Shown in pieces: positions 10,233-24,253 of a stretch of DNA of 64,000 nucleotides. The notes beneath the pieces were generated by a model. The model did not search any database, was not told where the DNA came from, and saw only the letters and a program-made list of their open reading frames with translations. Within the stretch, counting starts at the first letter, position 1, and each line of letters starts with the position of its first letter. The position numbers were made by a program, and so were the translations under genes. The stretch comes from Camelus dromedarius (lineage: Eukaryota), in the NCBI RefSeq assembly GCF_036321535.1, contig NC_087437.1, forward strand, positions 79,796,001-79,860,000. The letters run 5' to 3'.

Positions 10233-12921
10233 GAGAGAGAGAGAGTGAGAGATCAAAAGTGTCCAAGATTTTACTCCAGAAAACATAAATTACTTTGTTT
10301 TGAAAAAAAAATTGCAGTAATTATAAACAAAGAATTTCCTCGGGCGAAACAAACTCTCAGTGTATGCACAGAATGTCTACTTTTAAGCAAAATAACTTCT
10401 AGATAGACTGCTTATGAAAGAACACCAAAGTAACCAAATGAGGTAATTTATCTTAAGGCTTTGTCTTTTATAAACCTGTTAAAAGCAGCAAAATGTCTAT
10501 CAAAGGTAATTGGCTCTGTTTTAGAATCAGTAGTGCATTTTTCTTGGAAAAACATTAGGAAGCAGGGTAGAATGTTTTTTAAAAAAAATTAAATTCAAGC
10601 TGATTAAGTTATAATAGACACTCAGGTGTCTACTATTCAAAAAAGTGGCATTAGATCATTAAAAAAATACATTTTAGAGAATATAGAACAGAACACACCT
10701 GTTTTATACCTTTAAAAATGTACCTCTGCATCACAAGGCTTCCTGCCAGTTCTAATTGCTGCATTACCGCAGAGGTGTGGCTTTCCAGAGAACCAAATGG
10801 GTCTGTAACGTACCTGCTGTCTTCCTGTCACTGATGACCACTGAAGTAGAAGCTTAGAGAACAACAGCTTGCTTTTCATGGTGGGTTTCTTGCAATGATG
10901 AAGAATGCAATGAGATTAAAAGCAACCCCTAAAAACTACCTGTTCTTTGGGTAAATGTGACCTCAAGTATTCAACAATTAGACAAGTGTCAAACTAGCAG
11001 TACAATTTGGGATGTCCAACCAACGAGGTACTCTACCCTTTTCTTGGAACAGAAGATTTTCGTTTCTGAAATGAAATATTCATGCCCTTACATGGTCAAT
11101 CAGACCATGCCTGTTGAGTTAATAAACATAAAATAATTAATAATAATCTGCAAGATTCTTTGGCCACTTGGATGGGAGGAGGAGGAAGGGAGGGAATCCT
11201 CCCTGGATGCTTTATTCAGACATATATTTTAAGATCAAAATGAGAAGGAGTGTTAATGAGGTCCATTAGAAAATTACAAAGAATTTATAAAACTTAGAAC
11301 TCCTTTATCTTGCTTGGTAGAACAAGGAAGAATGAGTCTCTGCAATGTGATCAGAAACAGGAATCCACATTCCTAACCCCTAGTCCTCCCTTAATAACAG
11401 ATTTAAAACCTTTAATCGTGACACCCAATAACATTTTGCACTAGTTAAATTTTTTTGAATGTACACAGTAAGCATTAAATGGTATAAGTTCTCATATTTA
11501 AAACTTTCATTTTTTGCATAATGGTCACCAACGTCACTAAAATATTTTGACCTTGTTGTGGTTCTTGTCAAATGCAGTAGCCGCTGGAGTCCTGAAGGGA
11601 AGGCTTTGCCTTGCCTGTTGTTTCATCTACAGAATATCGGTGAGTCCTAACAGGGTCTCCATATATCTGTTGTTTTAGAACCATGAACTAGTATAGTGGG
11701 GTTTATGCTTATTCTGACCCTTTGTTATTAAGGATTGTTTTAGTTAATCTGACAGTCAGAAAAGAAATTTCATCTTCAAGACACCCAAGTGGAGTTTTAC
11801 ACAATTCCTTGCCAAAAGCAGCCATGAGTGTAGATTGAATATGAATTTATTTTAATCGTATTGTCCCTGCCTTTTCTCTTCATTCATTTGTCCTGATAAA
11901 ACTGTGACATAGAAATGATTAAGTTAAAACAAGAGGAAAATAATCTTTCCTTTTTTTTCCTACTCTATCGACACCATGTATTTTATTTTTTTATTTTTAA
12001 TACCATGTATTTTAAAAGTGGCATGGGGCGATAATGTATAGAATGGCTAACTATAATATGATCTATAACACTGCCTCTCTAAATCAATATGTGGGTAACA
12101 TTTCCCTTACATGTATCCTCTATAATATTATACACCACAAAGTATGAATGAAAAATGAACTTGCTGAGAATTTTCCTATTAATAATAATATATGTTTTCT
12201 CTGGATGCTTGCCTTACAGGGAGGTAATACTTCCATTCCTGCCCAAAGCAGAGCACTTTCAAACCTGCCACCAATCCTGGTATTCAGAAAACTTATAAAA
12301 GATTATCTCAGCCATGGGCTACATAAAATAAATGAAGTTTTAAAAGATCATAAAAATAAAACCATGTGTCTAAATACATGGCATGCTCAGTGGCAAGGTG
12401 AATGTTCATTGGAAGAGACATCTCATCCAGTTTGTCAGGAAACCAAATCAAATTATTTCCTGCCATGTAAGCCAGAGAGCTCAATGGCAATCTCCCTAAC
12501 ATTTATGGTGAACACACCAGTAGAAATACTGTCAATGATAGTACAGAGATTAAAACTTAAAACCATTAAAATGGAAAAGTAAAAATTCTAAAGTCAATAT
12601 TTAGAAGACATCTAAACTTCAAATGGATACTCTTACTCTACCATGAGAAACTGAGCCATCCTGGTAATTAGCAGGTTTGATGAAGACACGAATAAAGGCG
12701 GTGCAGACATTTAGTCACAGAACATCTGTACACCCTCCTATTAAGGTTTCTTGAAACTGTTAAAACCATATGGTTCCCCAGCTAGGTCAACTAGAAGGGC
12801 AGAAACTGGGGAGTTCCACTGACCATTCCTTAAATGCTTCCACCCTAGAGGTAATACACAATATTTTCCATTTTTATATTATCAATCAGATCAAATGATT
12901 ACTATCTCCCCACATGTGTGG

Positions 12922-13490
12922 TGTAAGGGAACAAAATTTGCCAGCACAAAATATCTCTTTGGTATGTGGACTCTTCTGAGCTGGAAAAAAAAAAAAAATC
13001 AAGACCCAAAAGACTCAGGAAGAAATGCTGACCTTCCCCCTAACCGCCTAAAGAAAGCAGATACAGGACTTATTCCAAGACAGGAATTCTCACCATAGAC
13101 AACCGGAGTATGGATTAAGTACGCAGACAAGGAAGGACCTAACAAAGTCTGCTTGTTAAAACTCCTTTCTGTATCCTACTCTCCCTGCAGGGCCCAGCAA
13201 AATTTTGTTCATCAAACATTTGCTTTTCCTTCTCCGTGTCAGTTGCCTTCCTTTCCTTTGAAGTCCCAAACTACTAACCCCAACATCCTCTTTGTCTTTA
13301 GCTGAAAATAGTATTTAAAGGAGGGGTTCAGCCATTTTGGTGATTTACTGAGTTTTCCTGGGTCTCTTCCATGCAGACATGTTATTCAACTGTTGTTTGA
13401 TTTTCTCCTGTTAATCTGTCCCATGTCAATTTCATTCATACACCAGAGAGAAGAACCTAAAAGAACAGAGGAAAATGGATTCCTCCAACA
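12922..13490 (+). mobile_element. ERV1 solo LTR (MER34/MER39-like)
   Basis: TG...CA termini with a perfect 4-bp TSD, GTGG (12918-12921 and 13491-13494). The start 'tgtaagggaacaaaatttgccagcacaaaatatctctttgg' resembles the MER34 family. Confidence 0.85.
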
Positions 13491-16400
13491 GTGGGAATAG
13501 AGCAAAACTGGATGTTAGCATAAGGCTGGATGGTAATGACTAGATAGGACTTGGGGATGGTGAGGTTCCATAAATTTACTTCTTCCTCCCCCAAAGTTCC
13601 CAGCTACCCCCTTGATTTATATGAAAGTGGCATAGCCCCTTTGGAAACGTTTGCAAAGGATGTCCACAATTGTACATGGACCCAGTGGACTTGGAAGCCC
13701 TTCAAGAAAATTGTGTATATTGGGAAAGACCGTATTGTGCTAAACAGCAATAAAGGAGAAGAAGGCATCTGGCCTGTTGGAATTAGTCTCAACAGTCAGG
13801 CCCGAGGATTGTGGGCAAATGATGACCCCACCAAGAGTTTAGTGATTGGTCCATCATGACTATGATTGTCTATTAAATAAAATGCTTCAAAATGTTTTTT
13901 TTTTCCTGGAGTAGCACAAATTTCCATGTAATCAAATGTCAGCATTTCCCATTCTTCTATCAATGTCTTTCATGATACTGCCTTATACAACTTCAGTGCA
14001 GTCAGTAAGCATTTGCCCTTCCTTGTCCGGAATTCAATGCCAGCAGCTTATCAGGACTGATTCAGCATGCTTTCAAGTACATGAAAACATATGTTAAAAT
14101 TCCCTGCATCTCATGTTCCTTCAAAATAGAAATCCGGCTATTCTGATTTTTCTTTTATTTATTTATAGCCCTTTTCAAAATTGCAAACTACCAGAATACA
14201 AGCCTGAGAATAAAACAGAACGTTATTTTTTTTAAGAGTAAAGATCATGAGACATAGTGGAAGGCTTATTTCCTCAAACTGCTATAATGTTTCAGTGACT
14301 ATTTTTTTCTTAAAAAAACAATAGGCAAATTCTAAAAAAGGCAAGTGAAAATAACCAAGTATGTAAATGAATATTACAATCTTCACAGTGAAATTCTGTG
14401 TCCAGTCTTCTCTAAAATATAATTCCATGGGAAAACAGCCCAAATTCTAACAAATTCCAGGCAAGCTTTAGCATGATCCTTTAAATTAAAACACAGGAAA
14501 TCAACATAATCAAGTCTCAAAAGATAAGAAAATTTATAACTCTTAGTTCCTGTTTCAAAATCTGTGATGTTTCAATGATCTTAAATTTCTAAATGCAAAA
14601 GATAAAATAAAGCTGTGTGAAACGTCACAAAATAAACGCTTAAGTAAATAAATATATAAATAAAAAGAATGAACAGTAAGTACTAAATTTCTGCAAAGTA
14701 CTGCAACCTTTAGGGTTGAGTCTAAATTCTCTCTCCTTAAAATTCAAGTGATGCCAGCATAAACAAAATTATCTGTCCCATGTAATCATTAATAGCATGA
14801 TAAGGATGCTAGTCAATTTGGTATTTTTTCTCTGAGACTTAATGTTTCAGAAAACAATTAGAAACTAAAGCTAAACAACAGTGTCTCAGAAAGTAAGGAA
14901 TAGAGGGCAGAAAAAGGAAGGAAGACTACACTAGCTAACAGTCCAGCACAATGACTCTCAAATGGCTTCATTTATATTTCACTCAAGATCATTTTGATTT
15001 ACACAGTATGCTGAAATGTGTGTGTTTGTCCTTTTTACGATGATGCTAACCCTGAAAATTCTCTACTGTAGTCCTTAAAATTATGTCTTATTAAAAATAT
15101 GCTGGAGTTTCATAATTTAATGATGCTTTTACAAAAGAGTTAAAAGTTGAACAAAAATATGTATATGGATTAAGATAAAGAGGTGATAGTTTCAGTCTGT
15201 AAGTATTTCTTCTTGTTCTTTCTTTCTTGGAATTATGCTAAAGCTTTTTTTTAATTATACTTTATTATAACAAATTATTTTCTCTGTGTTCTAACTGGGA
15301 CAAACACACTTAAATTAAAGCTCAGGGGATTTAAGCTAGATATTGGGAAGAATCTGCTGACCGAGGGGTCTGTTAAGCCCTGAATCTAACCTTGGAAAAT
15401 CTCTTTATCTGCTAGTCTTTAGAAGGACCGTGGGCTGTTTTTCTCAACTAAGTTTGCCTAATGACAGAGAAGATAGTCTAGCTGACATTTCTCAAAACTT
15501 TTTCGGCATGAGTTTTCTCTGATTTGATGATTAAGTAATTATAATACTCCTTATCATAAATATTTCCTTTATTGCTTTTCCTGTATTCTCACCCATCACC
15601 AACATTCCTCACCATCCTTGCCAATTCTTAGATTTTTTTTCCAAAAACAACTTCATTATAGAAAAGATAAAAAAATTCAATTATTTGGAATAATTTGAAT
15701 GACATATATATTAAGTGAATTTTGTATATATATTTAATATATATATTTCCCAATAAGGGAAATTAACAAAACTTCCTGTGACTATCAATATTTAAGGATA
15801 CATATGAATTCATACTCACCAGTGGTTAAAATAATTATGAAGCCTTACCCATTTTCTAAAACTCTGGCTTTTTTTTTTTTTATTATTATTCTGCCACACT
15901 CGGACATCCTATCTGTGATTTTCAAATAATATATGTATGCATTGTAAGATTTGGCTTTGCACTTCAAAGTAACTGATTTCCAGAGGCACCTGAGTGATTT
16001 TGTATACAAAGTTGTTGCCTGTGTATTACTTCACTTGAGAAGTATTTTGGAAAATCTTTTCTAATGCTAAGTTGAGTTGGGCCTATTTAATTTGGTTTGA
16101 TCACAGCTTTCATGAATTTTCTATTTGAGTCAATAATTTTCAAAGCCCTTTTAGGATTTTTGTAACCTTCCTACGAACCTTGGAAAGAAATCTTGTTTGC
16201 TAAAGCCTTGAGAATTACTTTATTTCACACTCAGAGTGCTAAAGATTTTTACCAGGCAGTATAACAGACTAATAGTCATTAAGATTACATTTGATTTCAA
16301 CAATTCAACTATTATTTCGCATGTGATAAGTGTAAACCATCTCTTCCAGAAAGTTCTTAGGTGACCAATTGCAATGCATCTGGGGGTTGGAAGTTAATAT

Positions 16401-18079
16401 TATTTCAAGTATTTCAAATACTTTACTATGAAAATGCTTATTCCTGAGAAAGGTAAATAATCCTATTCCACAAATTTCTGCATGTAATCTAGAAGCTTGT
16501 GCTGAGTGTCTTCTTTTGATTCTGAAATTCTATACAGCTGATACATAGGTCATATTTAAACTTAGATTCTGCTATCTCTACTCCTACTCCTAGTGAATCA
16601 TTCTGCCCTCACTTGGTATTTCTCGCTTTCCCTTTGATAAACCCACGAGTCTTTTTGTGTACTTCCTATGTAACAAAACCTTCAACGATCAAACAAGTTC
16701 AATTTTGTCATGATTTCAATTTGGTGAGTTTCATTTGCAGTTGTTCTATACATAACACACCTGCCTGAAATATTCCCAGCCTGAATTCTACATTCATTTT
16801 AAATTCAGCTTCAAACCCCCATTTTTGTTGTCCTTGTCATAATTCTAGAACGGGATGATCATCTTTAGTGTTTTGTTTATAGTTAGGTTCATATAACTTA
16901 CCTGTCATTTTATATAATCATTTACAAATTTTAATCTACCTAAATCTCAAAGCAAGTGTGCCACCAGTAGACCTACTGGCCTCCAGACAAAAGGAGGACA
17001 AGGAAGAATGGTGTATTTCTTTCTCCTTCCTCTACAAACGATGTAAGTCATCATCAAATACAGTTCTTCAGTCTAGAGTGTTAGCCCTGGGACCATATGG
17101 CCATGACAGTGATGGGGCAAATTGAGGGACGCCTAGAGAAGGTGAGGGTAGAGCCAGAGATCCTGAATCTGCCATCACATGCCTCCTTGGCCTCTTCTCC
17201 TGCCATAGTCCTCAGTTAGCACTGCAACAAGCAGCATGTAAGTAAACAGAGGGAAAATGCAGGTGTAGGCTTGATGCACAACAGAAACACAGCTGTTGGG
17301 GTACCTGAGCAATTCCCTGAGGGCCTAATGACTTAGACAACAGAGGAGGCTGCCAAAGGTAAGTCTTCCCCAAACCACTCCCCTAAACCTCACTCAGGCC
17401 ATTCGGTACTGTATGAAATCAGCCGAAAAGGCATCAGTTCCATGATATGTGTGCCTACACTCCACAGGATATCCTATGAATCTTGGCTCAATCTCAGTTT
17501 CTAGTTTGTGAAAATAAGTAATTTTTTAAAAACGTACATCATACATCTTGTGAATGTCAAAATTAGGAATAAGTAAATTTAATTACTGAATGGCTGGTAA
17601 AACATCTGAAATAAATTTTACAGTAAATTTTTTGTTTATTTGACCAGATATACATTATAATGTTTTCAATGATAATAATTCAATTCTAATTGATAAATAA
17701 CTTGCATATGTACAGACACTCTTAAAAAGCAGAAGGCCTTAAGTATTTTCCCAGCTTTTATTAGATACTAAAATAGAATGTCTTGGTGACTTCTGTTCAG
17801 TACGAGAAAGACTGGTGTATTTTAGATAGATCTGATATCTAACAGGAAAGGTTATGGATTTAATTACTTGATGGAGCTGATAAGTAGATATGTATTTATC
17901 ATTTTGATTTGGGCTGTGAACGAAATGAATGTGATTTATATATATATATATATATATTAACTCTGAGGTGACATTGCTGAACGTGACCAGTTTAAAGATC
18001 TGTTCCCTCTTCTCCCTCCTTCCTCTTCAGTCACCCCCTCCTCCTCTTCAATCTCCCCCTCCTCCTCCTCTTTCTTCTA

Positions 18080-18196
18080 CTTTTTTTAAACAACCCTTTA
18101 AAAATGTAAAAACCATTCTTAGCTTGTTAGCCCTACACAAACAAGCCACGGGCCACATTTGTCCTGTCAGCATTCGTTGTAGTTTGCTGATCCCTA
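18080..18196. mobile_element. MER58-type hAT-Charlie fragment
   Basis: 'acaaccctttaaaaatgtaaaaaccattcttagc...gggccacattt...tagtttgctgatcccta' is a typical MER58 end. Confidence 0.75.
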
Positions 18197-18699
18197 TGTT
18201 AGACTCTAAAACTGTTTCAATTTAACTTGTTTTTCTTCCTCCATAAGAAGCTTACAGATACTCGGAGCGCCTAATACTATCTACGGTTGTCATGAAACAA
18301 TTCAACATATTCTAGATGAGCGGGAAAGTATTTTCAGCAGTTATAACTCATGAATATGCCCTGAAAAATTCCACTAAACTGTCCCTTCGTAATTTACCTC
18401 ACAGAACATTCTTACGTTACTTCTCAGTTAATTAAGAATTCTATAGAAATGTCTGTGTTAATGTGACCATTCTATAGAGAGTTTACATACAGTGTATTCA
18501 CACAGATGGTTGTGAATTATTTTTGTATCAAATATTCGATCCTTCATTCAGTATAGTGTAAGGTACTGGAAATATGAGAATAAATGTAACCGAGTTTCTC
18601 TAGTTTTTCAAGAGTTCACAGACTAGTAGAAAGAATAGTCAGGTAAATAATTAAAATATTGAAGCAAAAGAATTTGAAATTTGAGCAGGACTTGGATGA

Positions 18700-19080
18700 G
18701 TTTCCAAGTTGCAGGTGCATGAAGCAGTAACATGTATTTATCTAGGACCCAGGAAGGAGATGTGGCCTGGATAGATGTTTCTGAGACTTGTTGGTGTATA
18801 TAGTGAGCTGAAAATTTGTGCAAACACAAAACTCTTTAAGGAGAGTGAGAGAGAGAGAGAGAGGAGAGGCTGGAGGAACAGCAGTGGCCAGCAAGTAGTA
18901 AACAGAAAAGAAGGAAGTGCTACAGAGGAGGCTTGGGTGAAAAGGATTACAAAGAAGCCAAGGTCAACAAGTTCAAAGGCTTCAGGGAGCTCAACTAAGG
19001 TAGGGCTGGAGAGTGGCACTGGAGTTTGCCAGTTGGGAGCCATCTTCGTGGGGAGATTCTGGAGAACAGTGAATGTTAAC
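18700..19080 (-). mobile_element. L2 fragment (antisense)
   Basis: Purine-rich L2 antisense pattern 'aggtcaacaagttcaaaggcttcagggagctcaactaaggtagggctggaga..ctggagtttgccagttgggag'. Confidence 0.55.
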
Positions 19081-20333
19081 TGTGAGGCACTGTGTTAACA
19101 TAGTGATTCTCACATGGAAATCAGCTAGGGAGCATTTTTCAAAGTTGAAGCACCCCTTTCCCAAAAGAAATGTCAAAAGGCAATCTGTCAGAGGAAATGT
19201 GTGTTTTAAAATAAGCTTTCTGTTGTTCTGATACCCGCCCTCCTCACAAGCTGAAAATTAATGGAAAGTGAAGGACTCCAGATAGCAACTATACCTTATT
19301 TTCCCAGCACCGAGGCTTTGTTAGAAAGAAGATAAAACGTAATGAGAAGGAAAGACGAAATTTAGGAAGAGCTTGCTTTGTTGTTCCTTAGCATGAGAAA
19401 GACTGAATAATGTTACAGACCAAGAGCTAGTAAAAACGACAGAAGCTAAAGATAAATGATGGAGAAAAGGATTCACAATCTTGCCAAGTTCCTGCAGCAG
19501 TGAGAAGCGACAGGATCTGGAGTAAAGGCAGAAGCGAAAACAGAGGTTTTCATACAGAAGAAGATGGTTTGTTAAGCAAGAAAATTTGTGCAAAAAAAGC
19601 TTCAATATCAGTTTCAACCTTAATTTCCTCCACTTTAAGTTATATCTGTATTTGAGGAGGAAATAAAATGAAAGCAGGGGAAGGGACAAAAAGCTGAGTA
19701 CAGGCTGGTCTGTATAAGTGGATTTCTACCCATTATTTCTCACTGGATTATGGACTTTTAGGATCACAAGAGGAAAGAGGTACTATTGGTTTCACTTGAA
19801 AGATGACACATAGAAGGAGTAGAAGCAGAGATGGCATTCACAGCCTGGATGTCAATAATGAAATTAACAGGAACAGCTCACATGCATAATCTAAGTGTTT
19901 CATTAACCAAATGAAAGCAAAGCTGTGACTCTCGATGCAGTAGCCTTGGTGACAAGCGTGACACTCTGGAGTGCCGCTGAGGACACGTAAACAGAAAGAT
20001 CCTGACGGATGTTCTCTAACCAAAAGAAATGCTCCAATAAAACTTTTTGCCTTTGGTTCTTTTGTGGTTATCTGCGAGATACCAGAACATTTATGGAGGA
20101 GATAGAATGGTTAGTGTTAAAATTAAGTAACTTTTCCACTACTGCCCAGTTTTCATGGAGGGAGGGGAAGCTCAATTTACATGATATTCCAAGATTTAGC
20201 ATATATTTGAAATATATGAATTTTGCCTATAAAGTGTTAATTCACTTGAGAAAGTGGGATATATGTCCTGTGTCACCTACAAGTCTGTCCATGGAGAGAA
20301 CAAACCACTAATAGAATCACCAAGAATGTCAAA

Positions 20334-20347
20334 GTGCCATCTAGAGG
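20334..20347 (-). promoter_or_regulatory. CTCF core motif match
   Basis: Reverse complement reads CCTCTAGATGGCAC, a close fit to the CTCF consensus. Motif only. Confidence 0.45.
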
Positions 20348-21812
20348 CTAGTTAAGCACCTTATAGGTAAATGATCCTTAAAATACACATAGGGTGGGGT
20401 TCTGGCGAAGAACAGGAGAAGGGACTCTGGAACTGATACAAATCATATAACTAACTTTACGTGCTTATTCAAAGATCCTACACTGCAATCTAACAGACTA
20501 CTTTAAAGGAGAGATGCTATTTCACTTTTACTTACTTTAAAACATTAACTCATGTTTTCAGCCAAGTGTCAGCACTGAATTGGCTTGTGATTATGGGCAT
20601 TCAACATCCTGTGTGCCATTGAAGTAACTTCAGCATCAATTTTGCAGCTGGCAAACTACTGCTATTTATGTTTTCAGTGCAGTTGAAATAATCTAGAAGT
20701 TATTTTACTTCCATTAGACATTAAGAATAGAACCAAATGTAAAATCATTACTTTGCCAATTTACTGTGAAACCCAAAGGAAATCTCTCAAATGTATCATT
20801 TATGGAATGTAAAAGTGAAGGAAAAAAGCAGTTCTTGGAACTAGTTAACAACATTTCAGTCAGGTAGAAATATCAAAAGTATACTAAGGATTTTTAGATT
20901 TTTCCATGTATGTCTGTATAAAATAGCATTAAATAGCTGATTAAACATATTCTATATTCTAAACAGTATTAGTACTGTTACATGACTTTTAATCCTAAAA
21001 AACCAGCAAGTTGAGCATGATCTCTGTTTTACGCTCAAGGGCACTAAGGCTGCAGTTCGTCAATTTACCTGACTAGCTAATTAGCGACAGCCCAAATTCC
21101 AGTACAGGTACTTCTGAACTCAAAGCCAATGAATGCTCTTAGGTTCTCGAGTGAGTCCTTTTTGAGATTCAGATGTTATATAATATCTGATATATATGAT
21201 ATATCTGTCATATATTATATAACATCTGAGATATATTATCTATATCAGGTAAATAATAATATATATTATAAACTCTAGAGATAATAAATATATACATATA
21301 TATAAACTCTGGAGATAACAGGAATCTATATACAAAATAAAATTATAAGATTAGAGCTTACACTCTTTCAATTCTAAATTTTCTCACCTTCTTATGTGTG
21401 AGATGTGATAACGGATAACACGTGAAACTTCAGTGCCCTAATTAACAGTATACGCCAAGCTGTTTAGGCCAGTCATCAAAGCACTGCAAATTGGCTCTCA
21501 CCCCTCCACCTCTCCTGCGTTCTGTCTTCCTTGTTTCTGCTCTGGCTGAGCATCGTTGAAGAGCTGACCCACCACACGCTTATCCTATTAAGCATCACCA
21601 GGATCCTGACTATTACTTGCCCCTCTTTTACGTATCCTTTTTAAGATTCTCCCAGGCCCCAAAATACTGTGTGAGACTAACCTTCACTTGAAGCCTCTTA
21701 TTCCGCACCTCTTCACCCAGAATTGTCTCCTTCATTGATCCTATGTCCTGAGCTCCAGCTTTTACCTTTTCTCTCCATTTCAGTAACTCTCTCTCTTTAT
21801 ATATATAGATAA

Positions 21813-21903
21813 ACAGTTGACCTTTGAACATCATGGGGGTTAGGGTCCTGACCCTGCACAGTGAAAATCCATGTATAATTTACAGTCCACCCTCCATATA
21901 CGA
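21813..21903. mobile_element. MER8/Tigger2-type fragment
   Basis: Begins with the terminal repeat 'cagttgacctttgaacatcatgggggttaggg...gaaaatccatgtataatttacagtc'. Confidence 0.75.
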
Positions 21904-22044
21904 ATCAATATCCACTGCCTTCATTAAATCTTCACCTACTTCCTATCTTATTAGAAACATGAACTTTTTTATTCTCCTCATTTTACTAACATTTTTTCTC
22001 TTGGAGGCTATTAAAAGACAGCGTTCTTACCGAATCTGATAGAA

Positions 22045-22135
22045 GTTTCTCTGTTTCTTCGACATCTTTAGTGTATTTGATCCCGTTGACGTCCTCTTAC
22101 ATCTTGAAATCACGTTCTTTGGTTTCATCTCATCT
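22045..22135 (+). mobile_element. L2 reverse-transcriptase fragment
   Basis: Translates FFDIFSVFDPVDVLLHLEITFFGF, similar to L2 LLDLSAAFDTVDHSLLLETLSSLGF. Confidence 0.5.
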
Positions 22136-24253
22136 TTAACAGGCTTTGGGTTTTTCCTTAGCCTACTGAGGCAAAGACTGTTTATGTTATTCAAGCGAGG
22201 TGTGACCACCTGTTTCTGTGCCTCAGAAAAGCCCGCACCCTCTGGGAAACACTGAGACCAGCAGCTTACTGCTTCTCTTTCCAAGCTCTGCCGCGCTCCC
22301 TCCTCAGAAGGGTGAGAGAGGCTCTTTCCCGTCTGGTCCCGAGGAGGCCTCTGCTCTTCCGCCTGCAAAGAAGACGCTTCTCAGGTGCTTCTCGTTTACT
22401 CTAACACTCCAGAACTAGGGAGACGACAATGAGCGTCTGAGGATTTAGTTTCCTAAATTAGTGTTGCCTTCCTTCTAAAAGAGCTCAATCAACCAGATTA
22501 TATGTGAGAAAGAAATTTTACTGATTTGAGGTCATCTTTTTATCTCATTAAACTACTTACAGAGATTTGTCACCAGCAGAGGAAGTTCAAACATTAAGTT
22601 CTGAATAATCTTCAAACTAGGTAACAATTTCTTGAATCTGTGAGTTAGTCATTCAGTCATTGTGGATTTTAGTGACTAGTGTATAAGCATTAAGAAAATA
22701 ATGTTTCTAAAATTATAAAGCAATTGGAGGCACGCTAGTCTTTCAACACTAAGTGAAATAATAAATTGAAAATGTATGATTACAGACATGTAAAATAAGG
22801 CTAAAAACAGAAAAATATTTAAAAGAAGTTAGCCAAAATAGCAGCAAGAGTTAATTTCCAGTGCAATAGTTTTCTTTAATACTCACATATTGCTGTGATT
22901 TTTTTTTTTTTTAAGGGAAAGTTGGTTTCAAAACATAAAACTCAAATGCACTATCCCATCAGGTAACTTGCTCTCAGCTGGGTAACTTTGGTCCTCCTTC
23001 TCAGTGCCTCCCAATGCTTAACAGGTGTCCCTCATTTTATTCCACCAGCTAAGAAGAAATTCCAAACACACATCACTGCTATCCCCATGCTGTTTATCCT
23101 TTTGGAAGCAAGGCATATGTTGAATGATTTTTTAGCCCATCCAGAAAATTTTATGTGCTTTTAGGATATGCTCTGTGCACTTTCATAAAGAAGTAGCCAA
23201 ATAATGAGATTTTTCTAATGCTTAATGATTCAAGCAACAATAAAATGTTACCAATACATATTAAAGTATAACAATAAAATCTGCATTTTTCCCCTTTGCA
23301 GCTAGAAACACATGTTGAAATATTCATCTGTTTAAAGCCCAACATATAAATATATAAAAAGTCACCAGATAATCTCTACACAAGTGAAAATAAGTTGTAA
23401 GAACTGCATGTGAAAGATCACCATCAACACTGAAATAACATAAATATGTGCTAAATAGAAATAGATGCAGGCACTTTCTAAACTAATACAAAACGAATAT
23501 TTCAGGGACAAGTAATTTAATTTGCATCCTGGGGGTATAATTTCATCTTCTTGTCAAAGAATTTATATTCATAACCTGCCACGAAGAATTACAGAATGAG
23601 ATTCTAGGATATTTTCGTCTGTGTTTTTATTTTTTAACCAGCATTAGAACAGTAACTTTGGAGCGCTGACCATAGTCAGTAGATCATTTGAAACATTTGC
23701 CCTGTCATGCTACAAAGTAAATAGTCCAATTTGCCATTTCTGGAGGTTTGGGGGATAACGGTGGTACTCATGTTTTAAGCCATAGGGCCCTGTTGGCTCA
23801 TATCTACTTCTCCCTACCCAAATAAATACGTGCACACAGTGAAACAATGAGATCTCTGGCATACCCACAGGTCTTCTTAATTTCTCTCTTTTGTTCTGCT
23901 TCTGTTCTCTAGCTCAGCGAGAGAAAGGGAGATTGTTACTGTGGATTCTTGGCTCTTTTCACCTTTGAAATAATTTCCTTCCCTCCTGTCTTCAATTTAG
24001 CATAGCTCTTTTTAAAAACTGAAATGTTATTTCCATTTCCTTTGAAATTGCCTTTTCAATTCGTTGCATTGCTGTGTGTTGATTTCCTTTTTCAAGTTTC
24101 CATGCAGCTAAACATGGTCTATAAATTTGCTGCTAGGAGAGCGGACTATAATATTGTCCAAACTTGAGCCTTCATCATGTATTATAACTGATGTATTGAT
24201 TCATTTAGTTAAACCCTCCCCAAATGAATCGCATTGTTCATAACCCTCTAGAG

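Noticed and set aside
10800..11645. Isolated splice-site-like words (minus donor ~10810, plus donor ~11640)
   Set aside because: No consistent strand, reading frame or partner exons; such words occur by chance.
12148..12582. 144-aa ATG-initiated ORF in unique sequence
   Set aside because: No recognisable domain, AT-rich non-coding composition, and no promoter or splice context. Compatible with chance.
13551..13859. 102-aa ORF next to the solo LTR (possible ERV internal region)
   Set aside because: The LTR has a TSD on both sides, so it is solo. No primer-binding site or convincing gag/pol motif.
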